A DNA stretch of 64,000 bases from an uncultured Actinomycetes bacterium (GCA_963841735.1 CAWJDT010000001.1:1216001-1280000), one strand, 5' to 3'; positions 20,390 to 30,349 are shown, counted from the first letter of the stretch. A program made the numbers and translations. The notes: generated from the sequence alone by a model not told the origin.

Positions 20390-21535
20390 TCAGCCTCTGT
20401 CTTCCTGCGTCTCGGGGGGAGGAGTCCCGAGGAAAGGCGCTTCGGGGGTGATAGCTTCGGGCGAGAGCAGTCGGTAGATCAGGCCGCAGGTCTCAAAGAC
20501 GCCCAAGGGCGAGACCATGAGCAGGGTGCCGTCTTCCGCGGCCAGATCGACGATCTCCGGTCCCGGATCTACCCCATCGACGAAACAGATGCCGGGGACC
20601 TCCATCAACTCGGCCACTTTCACCATCTGCAGATTGGCTAGGTTGGTGACCAACAGGGTCTTGTCGGAGGCCTCGCTCAGGAGGTCGCTCACTCGGTCGC
20701 CTGCATAGATGCGGGTGACCTCGCCTGCGTCTTCGGGGTGTGGTGTGAGTACCCGTGCGCCGATCTTGCCGGCGAGCTCTTGAAGCCCCATGTGCGCCTC
20801 CGACAGCAGGGTGTCATGCGTGTGGATGATGGGCTCCATCTCCACATCGGCACCGGTCTCCACCCCTTCCTCGGTGACGCAGGCCGCGCTGCCGGACATC
20901 TGTTCTTCGCGGGCGAAGAACGCGGCCGACTCCAGAGCCGACGTGATGTCCATGTGGTCCACGAATACGTTCTCGGGCACCTGCAGGGGGATGGCCGTGA
21001 AGTCCACGATGCTCCGTACGCCCGCGCGCACCAAAGCTTCGGCGGTGGTCTGCGCGGTCTCGGGCGGCACAGCCAGGATGGCGATGCGGATGCGCTTGGC
21101 TCTGACGATGGGTTCCAGGTCGCGAAGATGGTGCACCGGACAGCCCTCGATGGAGGTCCCGACTGAAGCCGGGTTTGTGTCGAAGCCCGCCGCGATGCGC
21201 AGCAGCGGGCGGCGGCCGGCGAAGTGGGCCAGTACCGACTGGCCCAGCCGGCCCAGGCCCACAAGAGCCACATCTTGGCGCGTGGAACCGTCGAGCAGGC
21301 TCGAGATGGCTTCCAGGCAGGTTTCCACCTGATAGCCACGGTTGGGGCTGCCCGAGTAGCCGATGACCATGAAGTCGCGCCGGACTTGGGTGGCGCTGAC
21401 CCCCGCCAGATGGGCCAGTTGGTGAGAGAAGATGCTGGTGGTGCCGGAGTCCCTGAGGTTGTCGAGCAGCCGACGGTAGAGGCTGAGCCTGCCCACCGTC
21501 TTGCGGGATACTCCCGGCTTTGCTGGCGCTCCCAC
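20390..21535 (-). CDS. rex: Redox-sensing repressor Rex fused to a C-terminal DRTGG domain
   Basis: RLSLYRRLL, QVRRDF, G..GY, VGLGRLG, AILAVP; C-terminal YAGDRVSDLL...LLVTNL...FETCGLIY. Confidence 0.88.
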   Translation of the reverse strand: MGAPAKPGVSRKTVGRLSLYRRLLDNLRDSGTTSIFSHQLAHLAGVSATQVRRDFMVIGYSGSPNRGYQVETCLEAISSLLDGSTRQDVALVGLGRLGQSVLAHFAGRRPLLRIAAGFDTNPASVGTSIEGCPVHHLRDLEPIVRAKRIRIAILAVPPETAQTTAEALVRAGVRSIVDFTAIPLQVPENVFVDHMDITSALESAAFFAREEQMSGSAACVTEEGVETGADVEMEPIIHTHDTLLSEAHMGLQELAGKIGARVLTPHPEDAGEVTRIYAGDRVSDLLSEASDKTLLVTNLANLQMVKVAELMEVPGICFVDGVDPGPEIVDLAAEDGTLLMVSPLGVFETCGLIYRLLSPEAITPEAPFLGTPPPETQEDRG

Positions 21536-21563
21536 GTTCGCCGCTCCGTCCCTTTCGCAGCAA

Positions 21564-21598
21564 TCGTTACAGAGATAACACCGTTACGTGTTTCACAA
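21564..21598. promoter_or_regulatory. Two tandem Rex-operator-like boxes
   Basis: TCGTTACAGAGATAACAC and CCGTTACGTGTTTCACAA compared with the consensus TTGT(G/T)AA-N4-TT(C/A)ACAA; directly upstream of rex. Confidence 0.7.
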
Positions 21599-21626
21599 GT
21601 TACTCCTCCGGGGTAGCAAAGGTCAA
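21597..21626 (-). promoter_or_regulatory. Putative sigma70 promoter of the rex-hyd operon
   Basis: TTGACC-N18-TAACTT on the minus strand, with the -10 abutting the Rex box. Confidence 0.5.
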
Positions 21627-21666
21627 TGTACAATGACGGTGTTTCGTAGTCGAATGAGGAGGAGAC

Positions 21667-21915
21667 ATGAAGCACACGATCTTCGGCATCCACATCACCA
21701 ACCGGGTCGAGAATGTTCCCGCGTTGCAGGCCACCCTAACCAAGTACGGCTGCAACATCCGCACCCGGCTGGGCGTCCACGATGCCGACGCCACCAGTTG
21801 CTCCCCCAGCGGCTTGGTGCTGGTGGATGTCTTCGGCGTCGAAGTCGAGGATTTCTACCGCGAACTCCAAGGGCTCAAGGGCGTGGGTCTGCAAAGAATG
21901 GACTTTGAAGAATAG
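21667..21915 (+). CDS. TM1266-like iron-only hydrogenase system regulator (ACT-like fold)
   Basis: GIHITNR...LTKYGCNIRTRLGVH motif; GAGGAGG SD. Confidence 0.8.
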   Translation: MKHTIFGIHITNRVENVPALQATLTKYGCNIRTRLGVHDADATSCSPSGLVLVDVFGVEVEDFYRELQGLKGVGLQRMDFEE

Positions 21916-22028
21916 GCGGCACCGCGGCTTGGCGGACGCCCCAGCGATCCCCGGCCTTGCGCCAGTGAAACGGAAAGGTTAGAAAGCGATGTATCAAGTG
22001 AGAAGGCGATCGGTGCGGGCGTTCGAGC

Positions 22029-23101
22029 ATGCTTGCGCTGATCTTGGCTCTGTTGCTGGCCTCCGGGCTCCTGCTGGTGGCCGGTTGTGGTCCGAGCGCT
22101 CCGGACACCCCGATCACTACTGTGACGCCGACCACGGCGCCCCAGGTGACTACCAGCACCGGCGACGCGGCGACCACCACCACGCTCTCGAAGCTCGACA
22201 AGCTCACCCTGGTGGCCCCACCCGGGCCCATGGCCATCCCCATGGCCTACCTGAAGGTCAACGACAAGCTGGCCGACGTGGCCGCCGAGACCGAACTGCT
22301 GATCTGGGAGAACCCCGACCAGCTCAAGGCCATCGTGGCCGGCAAGCAGGGCGACTTCGTCACCGTGCCCTCCAACACGGCCGCCATCTTCTACAACAAG
22401 GGCCTCCAGCTGCAGCTGCTGGACATCTCGGTGTGGAACATCACCTATCTGGTGACCCGTGATGCCGACGCCGCCGGCTTCGCCGACATCAAGGGCAGTC
22501 GTTGGTGGTGCCGTTCCAGGGCAGCGTGCCCGACGTGACCTTCCAGTACATCGTCACCAAGGAGGGCCTCGACCCGGCCCAGGACTTCGACCTGCGCTAC
22601 GCCGCCGATCCCACCCAGGCAGCCCAACTGCTGTTGTCGGGCCAGGTGGACAACGCGGTGCTGAGCGAGGCCTTGGCTACGGCCGTGCTGCTGCAGACCA
22701 AGGATGCCGAGAAGCCGCTCCGCAAAGCCCTCGCTTTCGACAAGGCCTGGGAGACAGCGGCCGGCGCCGGCGCGCTGAGCCCCATCGCGGGCACGGTGGC
22801 CACTCCCAACGTCATGGGCAGGCCCGATGTGGTCGCGGCCTTCCAGCGCGAATATGCAGCCGCCGTCGACTGGATGCTGGCCAACCCGGAGGCCGCCGGG
22901 CAACTGGTCGAGACCGAACTGCCCGATCTGGGCCTCAAGGCCCCGGTCATGACCGCCGCGCTCAAGGGCATCACTTGGAAGTTCACACCAGCTCTTGAGG
23001 CCAAATCCGGCCTGGCCGCCTTCTACACGGCGCTTATGGAGTTGTCACCAGAGGTCATCGGCGGGAAACTGCCCGATGATGGTTTCTACTACGTCCCCTA
23101 G
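22029..23101 (+). CDS. NitT/TauT-type ABC substrate-binding lipoprotein; frameshift near 22495
   Basis: Lipobox VAGC, Thr-rich linker, PSNTAAIFYNKG, IGGKLPDDGFY; adding one G in a G run joins the two ORFs. Confidence 0.85.
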
Positions 23102-24011
23102 CGACTCATCGGATCCGGCGGGGTCGAAAGACCCCGCCGGGCCGCGCAGCGCCGCTTCGCGGCGCCCCGCGGCGTCCGGCCCCGCGCCGCCGCGGGGCGG
23201 GGCCGCGCCGGGCCTGACGCCCCTCGGCCTGCAGTCCGCGCCCCCCGCCTCCGTGTCGCGCCGCGCCCGCGTCCTTTATGCCGCCCTGGGAGTGGCCGCC
23301 CTCCTGCTGGGCTGGGAGTTGCTCTCCCTCTGGGTGAGCCCGGTGTACATAGCGTCTCCGGTCGAGACCGCCAAGGCTCTGGGAAGTCTGGCCGCCGACG
23401 GTACGTTGTGGATCCAGCTGCTCATCACGCTCAAGCGCCTGGTCATCGGCCTGGCCGTCGGGGTCGGGCTGGGCTGGGTGTTCGGCCTGCTGGCCGGCCT
23501 GTCGCCCCGGCTGCGGTCGTTCCTCGAGCCTCTGCGCTGGGTGGGCATGACTATCCCGGCCATCATCATCGCGGGGTTGGCCATGGTGTGGTTCGGGCTG
23601 GGCGACTTCACGGTGATGTTCGTGGTGGCGCTCATCGTGGTGCCCACCATGTACGTCAACACCATGGCCGGTGTGCTCAACCTCGACCCCCGGTTGGTGG
23701 AGATGGGCCGCGTCTATCACTACCCCCGGCGGCTGATGCTCACCGAGGTCTACCTGCCGGGCACCGCGTCGCCCGCGCTGGCCGGGTTGACCCTGGCCAC
23801 GGGCATCGGGGTGAGGGCCGTGGTCTTGGCGGAGGTCCTCGCGGCCATGACCGGCATCGGACATTCTTTTTCGCGCGCTATGAGCAATCTGGATACCGCT
23901 GGGCTCTTCGCCTGGATCGTGGTGCTCTTGGCGCTGATGGCTCTGCTCGAGTTCGGCGTGCTGCGCCCGCTCAAGCGGCGGGTGATGCGCTGGCGCAAGG
24001 GGGCCGGATGA
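23076..24011 (+). CDS. ABC transporter permease (NitT/TauT type)
   Basis: TLKRLVIGL, LEMG-type EAA loop, AVVLAEV, GIG; multiple TM segments. Confidence 0.85.
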   Translation: MMVSTTSPSDSSDPAGSKDPAGPRSAASRRPAASGPAPPRGGAAPGLTPLGLQSAPPASVSRRARVLYAALGVAALLLGWELLSLWVSPVYIASPVETAKALGSLAADGTLWIQLLITLKRLVIGLAVGVGLGWVFGLLAGLSPRLRSFLEPLRWVGMTIPAIIIAGLAMVWFGLGDFTVMFVVALIVVPTMYVNTMAGVLNLDPRLVEMGRVYHYPRRLMLTEVYLPGTASPALAGLTLATGIGVRAVVLAEVLAAMTGIGHSFSRAMSNLDTAGLFAWIVVLLALMALLEFGVLRPLKRRVMRWRKGAG

Positions 24012-24674
24012 TCACCTTCCAGAACGTGAGCAAGGCTTATGGGGATCTTAAAGTCTTGTCGGGTGTCTCTCTGCATGTAGGCGCGGGAGAGATCGTGGGC
24101 ATAGTGGGACCTTCCGGCTCGGGCAAGAGCACCATCCTGAAGCTCATCACCGGCATCCTGGCTCCCGGACGAGGGCACTGTGACCGTCGCCGCGGGGGCG
24201 GTGGGCTACGTGTTCCAAGAGCCGCGGTTGCTGCCTTGGAGGACGGCGCTGGACAATGTGGCCGGGCCGCTGCGGGCCGGGGGCATGAGTAAGGCCGAGG
24301 CCTGGCCGATCGCGGAGCGCTGGCTGGACCGGGTGGAGCTGGCGGGCTTCGAGCGCTACCATCCGGCGGAGCTGAGCGGGGGCATGGCCCAGCGGGTGTC
24401 GCTGGCCCGGGCCTTCGCCGTGGAACCGCGGGTGCTGCTCCTGGACGAGCCCTTCTCCAGCGTGGATGTGACCCTCAAGGGGTCGCTCATGGGCATCCTG
24501 GAGAGCATCATCAAGGAGCGTAAGACGGCGGTGGTGTACGTCACCCACGAGTTGACGGAGGCGCTCCGTCTGGCCGACCGCATCCTGGAACTGACTCCAG
24601 AACATGGCCTGCGCGAACTGGACCTGAGCGACCGCGGGGCTGTGGCGCGCGAGTGGGTGGCGCGAAGCGAGTAA
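24008..24674 (+). CDS. ABC transporter ATP-binding protein; frameshift near 24163
   Basis: GPSGSGKST; VFQEPRLLPW, LSGGMAQR, LLLDEPF, VTHE; an extra C in a C run. Confidence 0.88.
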
Positions 24675-24797
24675 GTGCCCGGTCGGACTCGGCCCCGCCA
24701 AGATGGGACCGACGTTGTAGAGACCTCTCGTCCCACCGCCCCTACCATCGACCCGTACACAACAAGGTGACCGGTCGAGTGACGGTGAGGAGGGACC

Positions 24798-25265
24798 ATG
24801 TTCGAGAAGCAGACTTGGATGCAGCGCGCCGGCGAATTCCCGCAGTCCGACGAGGAATACTTCGGGCTTCTGGCGCGGGCGGTGTTCTCGGCGGGGCTTG
24901 GGCCAAAGGTGGTGGAGTCGCGCTGGAAAAGCATGGGCGACGCGTTTCACGGGTTCGATCCCAGCAAGGTGGCGCAGATGGGGGAGGCCGATGTTTCACA
25001 GCTGCTCAGCGACCCGGCGGTCATACGCAACCGGCGCAAGATCGAGGCGGTCATTCACAACGCAGCGGTCTTTATGGAGAAGACGAGTGTCCAGACGGGG
25101 GCCGATCCCTTGTTTCACGCCTGCCTCACCGAGTGGGGAGCGGGCGAGGATCTTGACGCCGCGGCTGAGGAGCTGACGCACTGCTTCACCCACCTGGGAC
25201 GGACGTCGGCACTGTTCTTCCTGTTCAGCGCCGGCTGGCGGCCGCGCGAGGCCGACGCCGCCTGA
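24798..25265 (+). CDS. DNA-3-methyladenine glycosylase I family protein
   Basis: FSAGL, AFHGFDP, IRNRRKIEAVIHNA motifs. Confidence 0.8.
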   Translation: MFEKQTWMQRAGEFPQSDEEYFGLLARAVFSAGLGPKVVESRWKSMGDAFHGFDPSKVAQMGEADVSQLLSDPAVIRNRRKIEAVIHNAAVFMEKTSVQTGADPLFHACLTEWGAGEDLDAAAEELTHCFTHLGRTSALFFLFSAGWRPREADAA

Positions 25266-25454
25266 GCCATGACGCTGATCGTCTGCATGAAGGCTTCTGT
25301 GCCCCCACTGCTCTCGCAATAGACGCGGCCCCCGGGGGGTTTGTGGGTCCGGAAGAAGCGGTAACTACCACTGTGCACGGCTGCCGGCTCGGCCGGGCGT
25401 CGAGGAAGGAGCCGTGCGCAGCCACGCGGGAAGACCGGAAGCGAAAGGGGACCT

Positions 25455-25724
25455 ATGGATCCGTTCATTCTCCGCGAATACGAGGCGAAACTGGACGACT
25501 GGTTGGCGCAGGGCTATCAAGTCATGGCCGACGATATCGACGGCGAGTTGCGTCTCACCGTGCACTACGTCTCCCCTGAGGGTGGAGAAGGCAGTGAGCG
25601 GGCCCAGGAGTTCTGGCCCATGACCTCCGACATCGTGAGCCTGCTCGCCGACAACGGCATCGAGATATCGCACGCGCTGGCGGGTCCGCGACCGTGGGCG
25701 GGGGCGCATCCCGAGCAGAGGTAG
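25455..25724 (+). CDS. Small hypothetical protein
   Basis: AAAGGGG SD, natural composition and codon usage. Confidence 0.65.
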   Translation: MDPFILREYEAKLDDWLAQGYQVMADDIDGELRLTVHYVSPEGGEGSERAQEFWPMTSDIVSLLADNGIEISHALAGPRPWAGAHPEQR

Positions 25725-25888
25725 CCCGCGGCGGCCGCGCCGTGGGGCCGGGGCTCACCTGGCGGCAGGGGCGGCGTGTGCACCCCTGGGGTCAGTGGAG
25801 CCCGACGGCCCGGGGCGGCGAGGGGTGGTATCTTCTCCCAGTACATTTCGTGCGGATATGCACGTATGAATAGGAAAGGAGATCCCCC

Positions 25889-27070
25889 TTGTCTCGAGAC
25901 GTAGTGATTCTAAGCGCCGCCCGCACACCGGTCGGACGCTACCTGGGTACCCTGGCCGACATCCCGGCATGGAAGCTCGGTGCCATCGCCATCGCTGAGG
26001 CCGTCAAACGGGCCGGTATCGACCCTGCCGACGTTCAAGAAGTAATGATGGGCAACGTGCTGACGGCCGGCCAGGGCCAGAACCCCGCCCGCAAGGCCAT
26101 GTTGGAGGCCGGTCTGCCCCAAGAGATCCCTGCCTTTACGCTCAACATCGTGTGTGGCTCGGGCATGAAGACCGTGCATGAGGCCGCCAACGCCATCAAG
26201 GCCGGCGACGCTGAGGTCATCGTGGCGGGCGGCATGGAGAACATGAGCATGGCCCCCTACCTGGTGCCCAATGCCCGCAAGGGCTATCGCATGGGTGACG
26301 GCGTGCTGGTGGACGAAATGATCGTGGACGGTCTGCAGTGCGCCATGGGCAACATCCACATGGGCATCACCGCCGAGAACGTGGCCGAGAAGTACTGCGT
26401 CTCTCGCGAGACGCAAGACCAGATCGGCTACGACAGCCAGCGCAAAGCGGGCGAGGCCATCAAAAACGGCAAGTTCAAGGCCGAGATCGTTCCGGTGGTC
26501 ATCCCGCAGCGCAAGGGTGATCCCGTGGTGTTCGATACCGATGAGCACGTGCGCGCCGAGACCACGCTCGAGGGCTTGGGCAAGCTGAAGCCGGCCTTCA
26601 AGAAGGATGGCACTGTTACCGCCGGCAACGCGTCGGGCATCAACGACGCCGCCGCCGCGTTCGTGGTGGCTTCGGCCGAATGGGCCGAGAAGAGGGGCCT
26701 CAAGCCTCTGGCAACCATCGTGGGCTATGCCACAGCTGCTCTCGATCCTGCGTTGATGGGCATGGGCCCCTTCTACGCCACCAAGAAGGTTCTTGAGAAG
26801 ACCGGCATGAAGCTCGAGCAGATGGACGTCATAGAGTCAAACGAGGCGTTTGCCGCTCAGGCCGGCGCTGTGGCTCAGGAGCTGGGTCTGGACATGAGCA
26901 AGGTCAACCTCTACGGAGGGGCCATCGCTCTGGGACATCCCATCGGAGCTTCAGGCGCCCGTATTCTCACCACGCTCATCCACGCGCTCAAGCAGGAGGG
27001 CGGCACCTACGGCCTGGCCACCATGTGCATCGGTGGCGGTCAGGGCATCGCCACTATCGTCAAGGTCTGA
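25889..27070 (+). CDS. Acetyl-CoA C-acetyltransferase (thiolase)
   Basis: [27 protein letters not shown]; TTG start after AAGGAG. Confidence 0.97.
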   Translation: MSRDVVILSAARTPVGRYLGTLADIPAWKLGAIAIAEAVKRAGIDPADVQEVMMGNVLTAGQGQNPARKAMLEAGLPQEIPAFTLNIVCGSGMKTVHEAANAIKAGDAEVIVAGGMENMSMAPYLVPNARKGYRMGDGVLVDEMIVDGLQCAMGNIHMGITAENVAEKYCVSRETQDQIGYDSQRKAGEAIKNGKFKAEIVPVVIPQRKGDPVVFDTDEHVRAETTLEGLGKLKPAFKKDGTVTAGNASGINDAAAAFVVASAEWAEKRGLKPLATIVGYATAALDPALMGMGPFYATKKVLEKTGMKLEQMDVIESNEAFAAQAGAVAQELGLDMSKVNLYGGAIALGHPIGASGARILTTLIHALKQEGGTYGLATMCIGGGQGIATIVKV

Positions 27071-27102
27071 GCCCAAAGGGTCTAGGCAGCAAGGAGAGAC
27101 TC

Positions 27103-27327
27103 GTGAAAGAACGTGTAGAAAAGGCACTTGACCTCATCCGTCCTGCGCTGCAGAACGACGGCGGCAACGTCGAGCTCGTCGATGTCGACGAAGCCACGGG
27201 CGTCGTCAAGGTCAAGCTGGTCGGCGCCTGCGGCAGCTGCCCGATGTCGCAGATGACTCTGCGCATGGGTGTCGAGCGGGTTCTGAAAGAGCAGATTCCT
27301 GAGATCACCGAGGTCGTGTCCGCCTAA
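27103..27327 (+). CDS. NifU-like (Nfu) Fe-S carrier protein
   Basis: IRPALQNDGGNVELV, GACGSCPMS; GTG start after AAGGAG. Confidence 0.93.
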   Translation: MKERVEKALDLIRPALQNDGGNVELVDVDEATGVVKVKLVGACGSCPMSQMTLRMGVERVLKEQIPEITEVVSA

Positions 27328-27365
27328 AGAAGACCGGCGGCCCCGGGGCGCGGCCCCGCGGGCCT

Positions 27366-27683
27366 CTAGGACTTCAGTCCGGACAGGTGGCCGGTAGCGC
27401 GGTCGATCTCGTCTTTGAGTGAGCTGAACTCGTTGGTCGTGGCCGAAACGCTCTTGAGCGTTTCGGCCACAACTTGTTGTTTGGTGGCAAGTTGCCGCGC
27501 CTTGGGCACGATGGCCTGACTGCGGCGGATGACCTCCTGCACGTGGTCCATGGAGGAGATGCCGGAACGGCGGGCTGCCTTGATGAGACCGATGGCTTTG
27601 ATGACCAAGACCACCGACCCGGTGAGGAAGAGCGCACAACCGAGGCAGATGGAGACGATCATGATGATCGTATTAGGCGACAT
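27366..27683 (-). CDS. Membrane-anchored coiled-coil hypothetical protein
   Basis: N-terminal TM followed by a heptad-like helix. Confidence 0.6.
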   Translation of the reverse strand: MSPNTIIMIVSICLGCALFLTGSVVLVIKAIGLIKAARRSGISSMDHVQEVIRRSQAIVPKARQLATKQQVVAETLKSVSATTNEFSSLKDEIDRATGHLSGLKS

Positions 27684-27734
27684 AAGTCTATTCTACCCCG
27701 AGAGCGTTGCCCGGGGCCGGGCTTGGAGCCGGCG

Positions 27735-28958
27735 CTAGTAGATCGCGGGTGCTCCGTCTCGAGGCTGGATGTCGAAACGGCGGATGGCCGCCAGATTGGT
27801 GCGCTCGCTGAGCCGCGAGATCTTAATGACGTCGCCGGTCTTGGGAGCGTGGATGAAGAGGTCTTCGCCGATGTAGATGCCCACGTGGTGCACCGGGAAG
27901 CCGAAGGCCAGCAAGTCGCCGGGCTGGATGTCGGCATAGTCGACGGGGATGCCCATCTCGGCTTGATAGCCGGAGAAGTGTGGCAGGTTGACTCCATGTT
28001 GCATGAACACGAAGCGGGTGAACCCTGAGCAGTCCATGCCGGTGGAGGGCCGGTCGCCGGCCCACACGTAGGGGATGCCGATGTAGGTGGCCGCGGTCTC
28101 GAGGAACTGGTTGAGCACCTCGCTGTCGGTCTGCGGGAGCGGACCGCTGTAGACCTGGCCTCCGTTGATGATGGCCTGCAGGGCCGCCTGAAGTCTGGTC
28201 TGCTCCTCTGCCTGTCGTGCTCTCTCCTGCTCGATGATGGTGGAGATCTGGGAGTCGAGATCGCCCAGGGTAGCCTGGCGCTCCTCGAGTGCAGCCTGAA
28301 TGTCTTCCTGGCGGCTGGTCATCTGCCGACGGATATCGAGTTCCTGGAGCTTGGCCTCGTCCATATTGGCGAGGATGGTGTTCATCTTCTTCGTGCTGTC
28401 TGCGAGCTTCTGCACAAGGCGGTGGTCTTCGTCGGCCTGAGCGGCAGCCAGCCTGACTCGGGACAAGAAGTCCGGCCCGCCCTCGGCCGAGAGGAGCAGA
28501 TCCAAGAACTGGTTGGTCCCCCCAGACTTGTAGAGGTCGCAGACGCGGTCTTCGTATTTCTCCAGCCGGTAGGCGCGGTCTTTCTGGGCGGCTGCCAGGT
28601 CCCTGCGCATGGCGCTCATGGAGACGTTCAACTCGTCCAGTTGCACCTGCAGTTGGTTGTATGCCTCAGAAGCCTGCTCTAGCTCGTCGTCCAGGGCATC
28701 GATGTCGGCCTGGGCCAACTGCGCTTGGAGGGTGAGATCGTCTACCTGGGTCTTGACTTCGCCGGAGAGGCGGAGGGAGCCGGGATCCTGGGGAACGGCC
28801 TCAACCGGAGCGGGAATGGAGCAGAACACAAGGACTCCGGCAAAGAGCAGCACTCCGCCGATCCACAGCCAGCCACGCTCAATGTCCCGCGCGCGTCCTT
28901 TGGCGGCGGTGCAGGAACGTTCTCTGCTTGACCGGATTCGATGCATCAACGCTCTCAC
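27735..28958 (-). CDS. NlpC/P60 peptidoglycan endopeptidase with a coiled-coil N-terminus (CwlO/RipA-like)
   Basis: Signal/TM, long coiled coil, GIPYVWAG, DCSGF, HHVGIY, FIHAP. Confidence 0.93.
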   Translation of the reverse strand: MRALMHRIRSSRERSCTAAKGRARDIERGWLWIGGVLLFAGVLVFCSIPAPVEAVPQDPGSLRLSGEVKTQVDDLTLQAQLAQADIDALDDELEQASEAYNQLQVQLDELNVSMSAMRRDLAAAQKDRAYRLEKYEDRVCDLYKSGGTNQFLDLLLSAEGGPDFLSRVRLAAAQADEDHRLVQKLADSTKKMNTILANMDEAKLQELDIRRQMTSRQEDIQAALEERQATLGDLDSQISTIIEQERARQAEEQTRLQAALQAIINGGQVYSGPLPQTDSEVLNQFLETAATYIGIPYVWAGDRPSTGMDCSGFTRFVFMQHGVNLPHFSGYQAEMGIPVDYADIQPGDLLAFGFPVHHVGIYIGEDLFIHAPKTGDVIKISRLSERTNLAAIRRFDIQPRDGAPAIY

Positions 28959-28986
28959 GTCTCTTCGCTTTGTCCTCTCGGTGGAA

Positions 28987-29013
28987 TTATCGGCAGGAAA
29001 AGCGAATCACTTG
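28987..29013 (-). promoter_or_regulatory. Putative sigma28 (FliA/WhiG-type) promoter
   Basis: CAAG-N15-GCCGATAA upstream of the NlpC/P60 gene. Confidence 0.55.
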
Positions 29014-29158
29014 CGTGCTTCGCCAGTGCGCCTGCATATACGCTGGTTTTCTGGGCCGCGCGATTCTAGCGCGTCAGTCCCGCGGTTGCGATAAAACCAA
29101 GGGAGGAAGTTGGCGGTTGGCCCCAGAGAGGGGCCGGTTCAGCCGTGCGGGGAGGGGG

Positions 29159-29968
29159 TCACTCAGTATCGGCGGCGACTACGAAGTACGGAGCGAACGA
29201 GCCCAGACTCTCCTTGTTCTCGTCGTTGGTCCGATCGCCCCCGCCCCACGTCCAATGTTCCGTCAGGGTCTTCTCTCCCCTTGTGCTGATGAGCCTCACG
29301 CTGGTACCTGGTGCGGGTGTGACATAGTTCTGCGCGAATTGGTCCGAACACAAGGTGGAACCGACGTATCGATAATCGAACTCGATATTGTAGTCGTCTA
29401 CGGGCGACAAGTCGCTCATGGGGTACTGGTTGGTCTTGTAGCCGTCGGCGAAGATTTCTATCTGTCCTTCAACGATGGCACCCTTGGCCCAATCGTATCT
29501 GCCGATTATGGTCATCTTCGTGTGGTCGACGAAATGCCAGAGTTCGCCTTCGAATTGGGTGGCGTCCTCATCAAAGTCGAGTTCTGTTTTGGCGCCGAAG
29601 AAATAGGTGTCTTCACCGGGTGTATCAGGAAGTCCGATGTGGATGACGAGCCCTTGGAGGGCCTTATCAAACTGCGACGGGGCGCACCCGAAATCGTCAC
29701 CGAGTATCCCCTGGTCTTTGGTCATATCGCATACCAGCACAAATGGCTTTGCGTCCTGATACTTCGCGGATGTTGCCTGGTCCTGCGCCCCGCCTGCTTG
29801 CCCACCAGTTGTCTTGGAGCCTGACCCGCAACCCCAACCCTCAGGTTGATTCACATCGCAGCCGCCTTGAGTTCCCACCAAGAGAGAAAGCAGCGCGATC
29901 ACGGTAAGCGCCGGTAAAAAGCGGGGGGAACGAGTCTTCCGGAAGACTCGGTTGGACATTTTCCCCAC
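29159..29968 (-). CDS. Hypothetical secreted protein or lipoprotein
   Basis: AGGAG SD, basic N-terminus, hydrophobic stretch ending in GGC. Confidence 0.7.
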   Translation of the reverse strand: MGKMSNRVFRKTRSPRFLPALTVIALLSLLVGTQGGCDVNQPEGWGCGSGSKTTGGQAGGAQDQATSAKYQDAKPFVLVCDMTKDQGILGDDFGCAPSQFDKALQGLVIHIGLPDTPGEDTYFFGAKTELDFDEDATQFEGELWHFVDHTKMTIIGRYDWAKGAIVEGQIEIFADGYKTNQYPMSDLSPVDDYNIEFDYRYVGSTLCSDQFAQNYVTPAPGTSVRLISTRGEKTLTEHWTWGGGDRTNDENKESLGSFAPYFVVAADTE

Positions 29969-30176
29969 TGCCTATCTCCTTGTGGTCAGAAGTACAGGAT
30001 GGTTTTGGCGTTCGTGGTTGTCGCGCGCTCCGGTGAGGCCGATTTGAGGCTATCAGACGCGAACGTTCGCTTCAACGCCGCACTTTGCCGTTGCGCGGTG
30101 CTCCGTGAGCCGGCCATTCTGCCGCAGGCCGGTGGCAGCACCTCTTCGCCCCTAGGGGATAGGGAGATACTCGCTG

Positions 30177-30185
30177 TGCTATACT
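30177..30185 (+). promoter_or_regulatory. Extended -10 promoter of the tRNA gene
   Basis: TGcTATACT 15 nt upstream of the tRNA. Confidence 0.6.
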
Positions 30186-30200
30186 CCCGTCTCTCAACGG

Positions 30201-30254
<54 letters not shown>

Positions 30255-30277
<23 letters not shown>

Positions 30278-30349
30278 TATGAAAGGCCCGGAAATCCGGG
30301 CCTTTTTCTTTTGGCGGGATTGTCGCCCAGGCCGCTTTGACACGCTTGA
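30255..30349 (+). repeat. Direct repeat copy 1 (tRNA 3' end + terminator + flank; att-like)
   Basis: Near-identical to 32831-32928. Confidence 0.9.
30281..30312 (+). terminator. Intrinsic terminator after the tRNA
   Basis: AAAGGCCCGG-AAAT-CCGGGCCTTT followed by a T tract. Confidence 0.9.

Noticed and set aside
23106-23270. Very GC-rich stretch as structured RNA
   Set aside because: Explained by the Pro/Ala-rich N-terminus of the permease
28960-29158. c-di-AMP riboswitch upstream of NlpC/P60
   Set aside because: The conserved GCTGAATCC and GTCAGCTAA elements are not present
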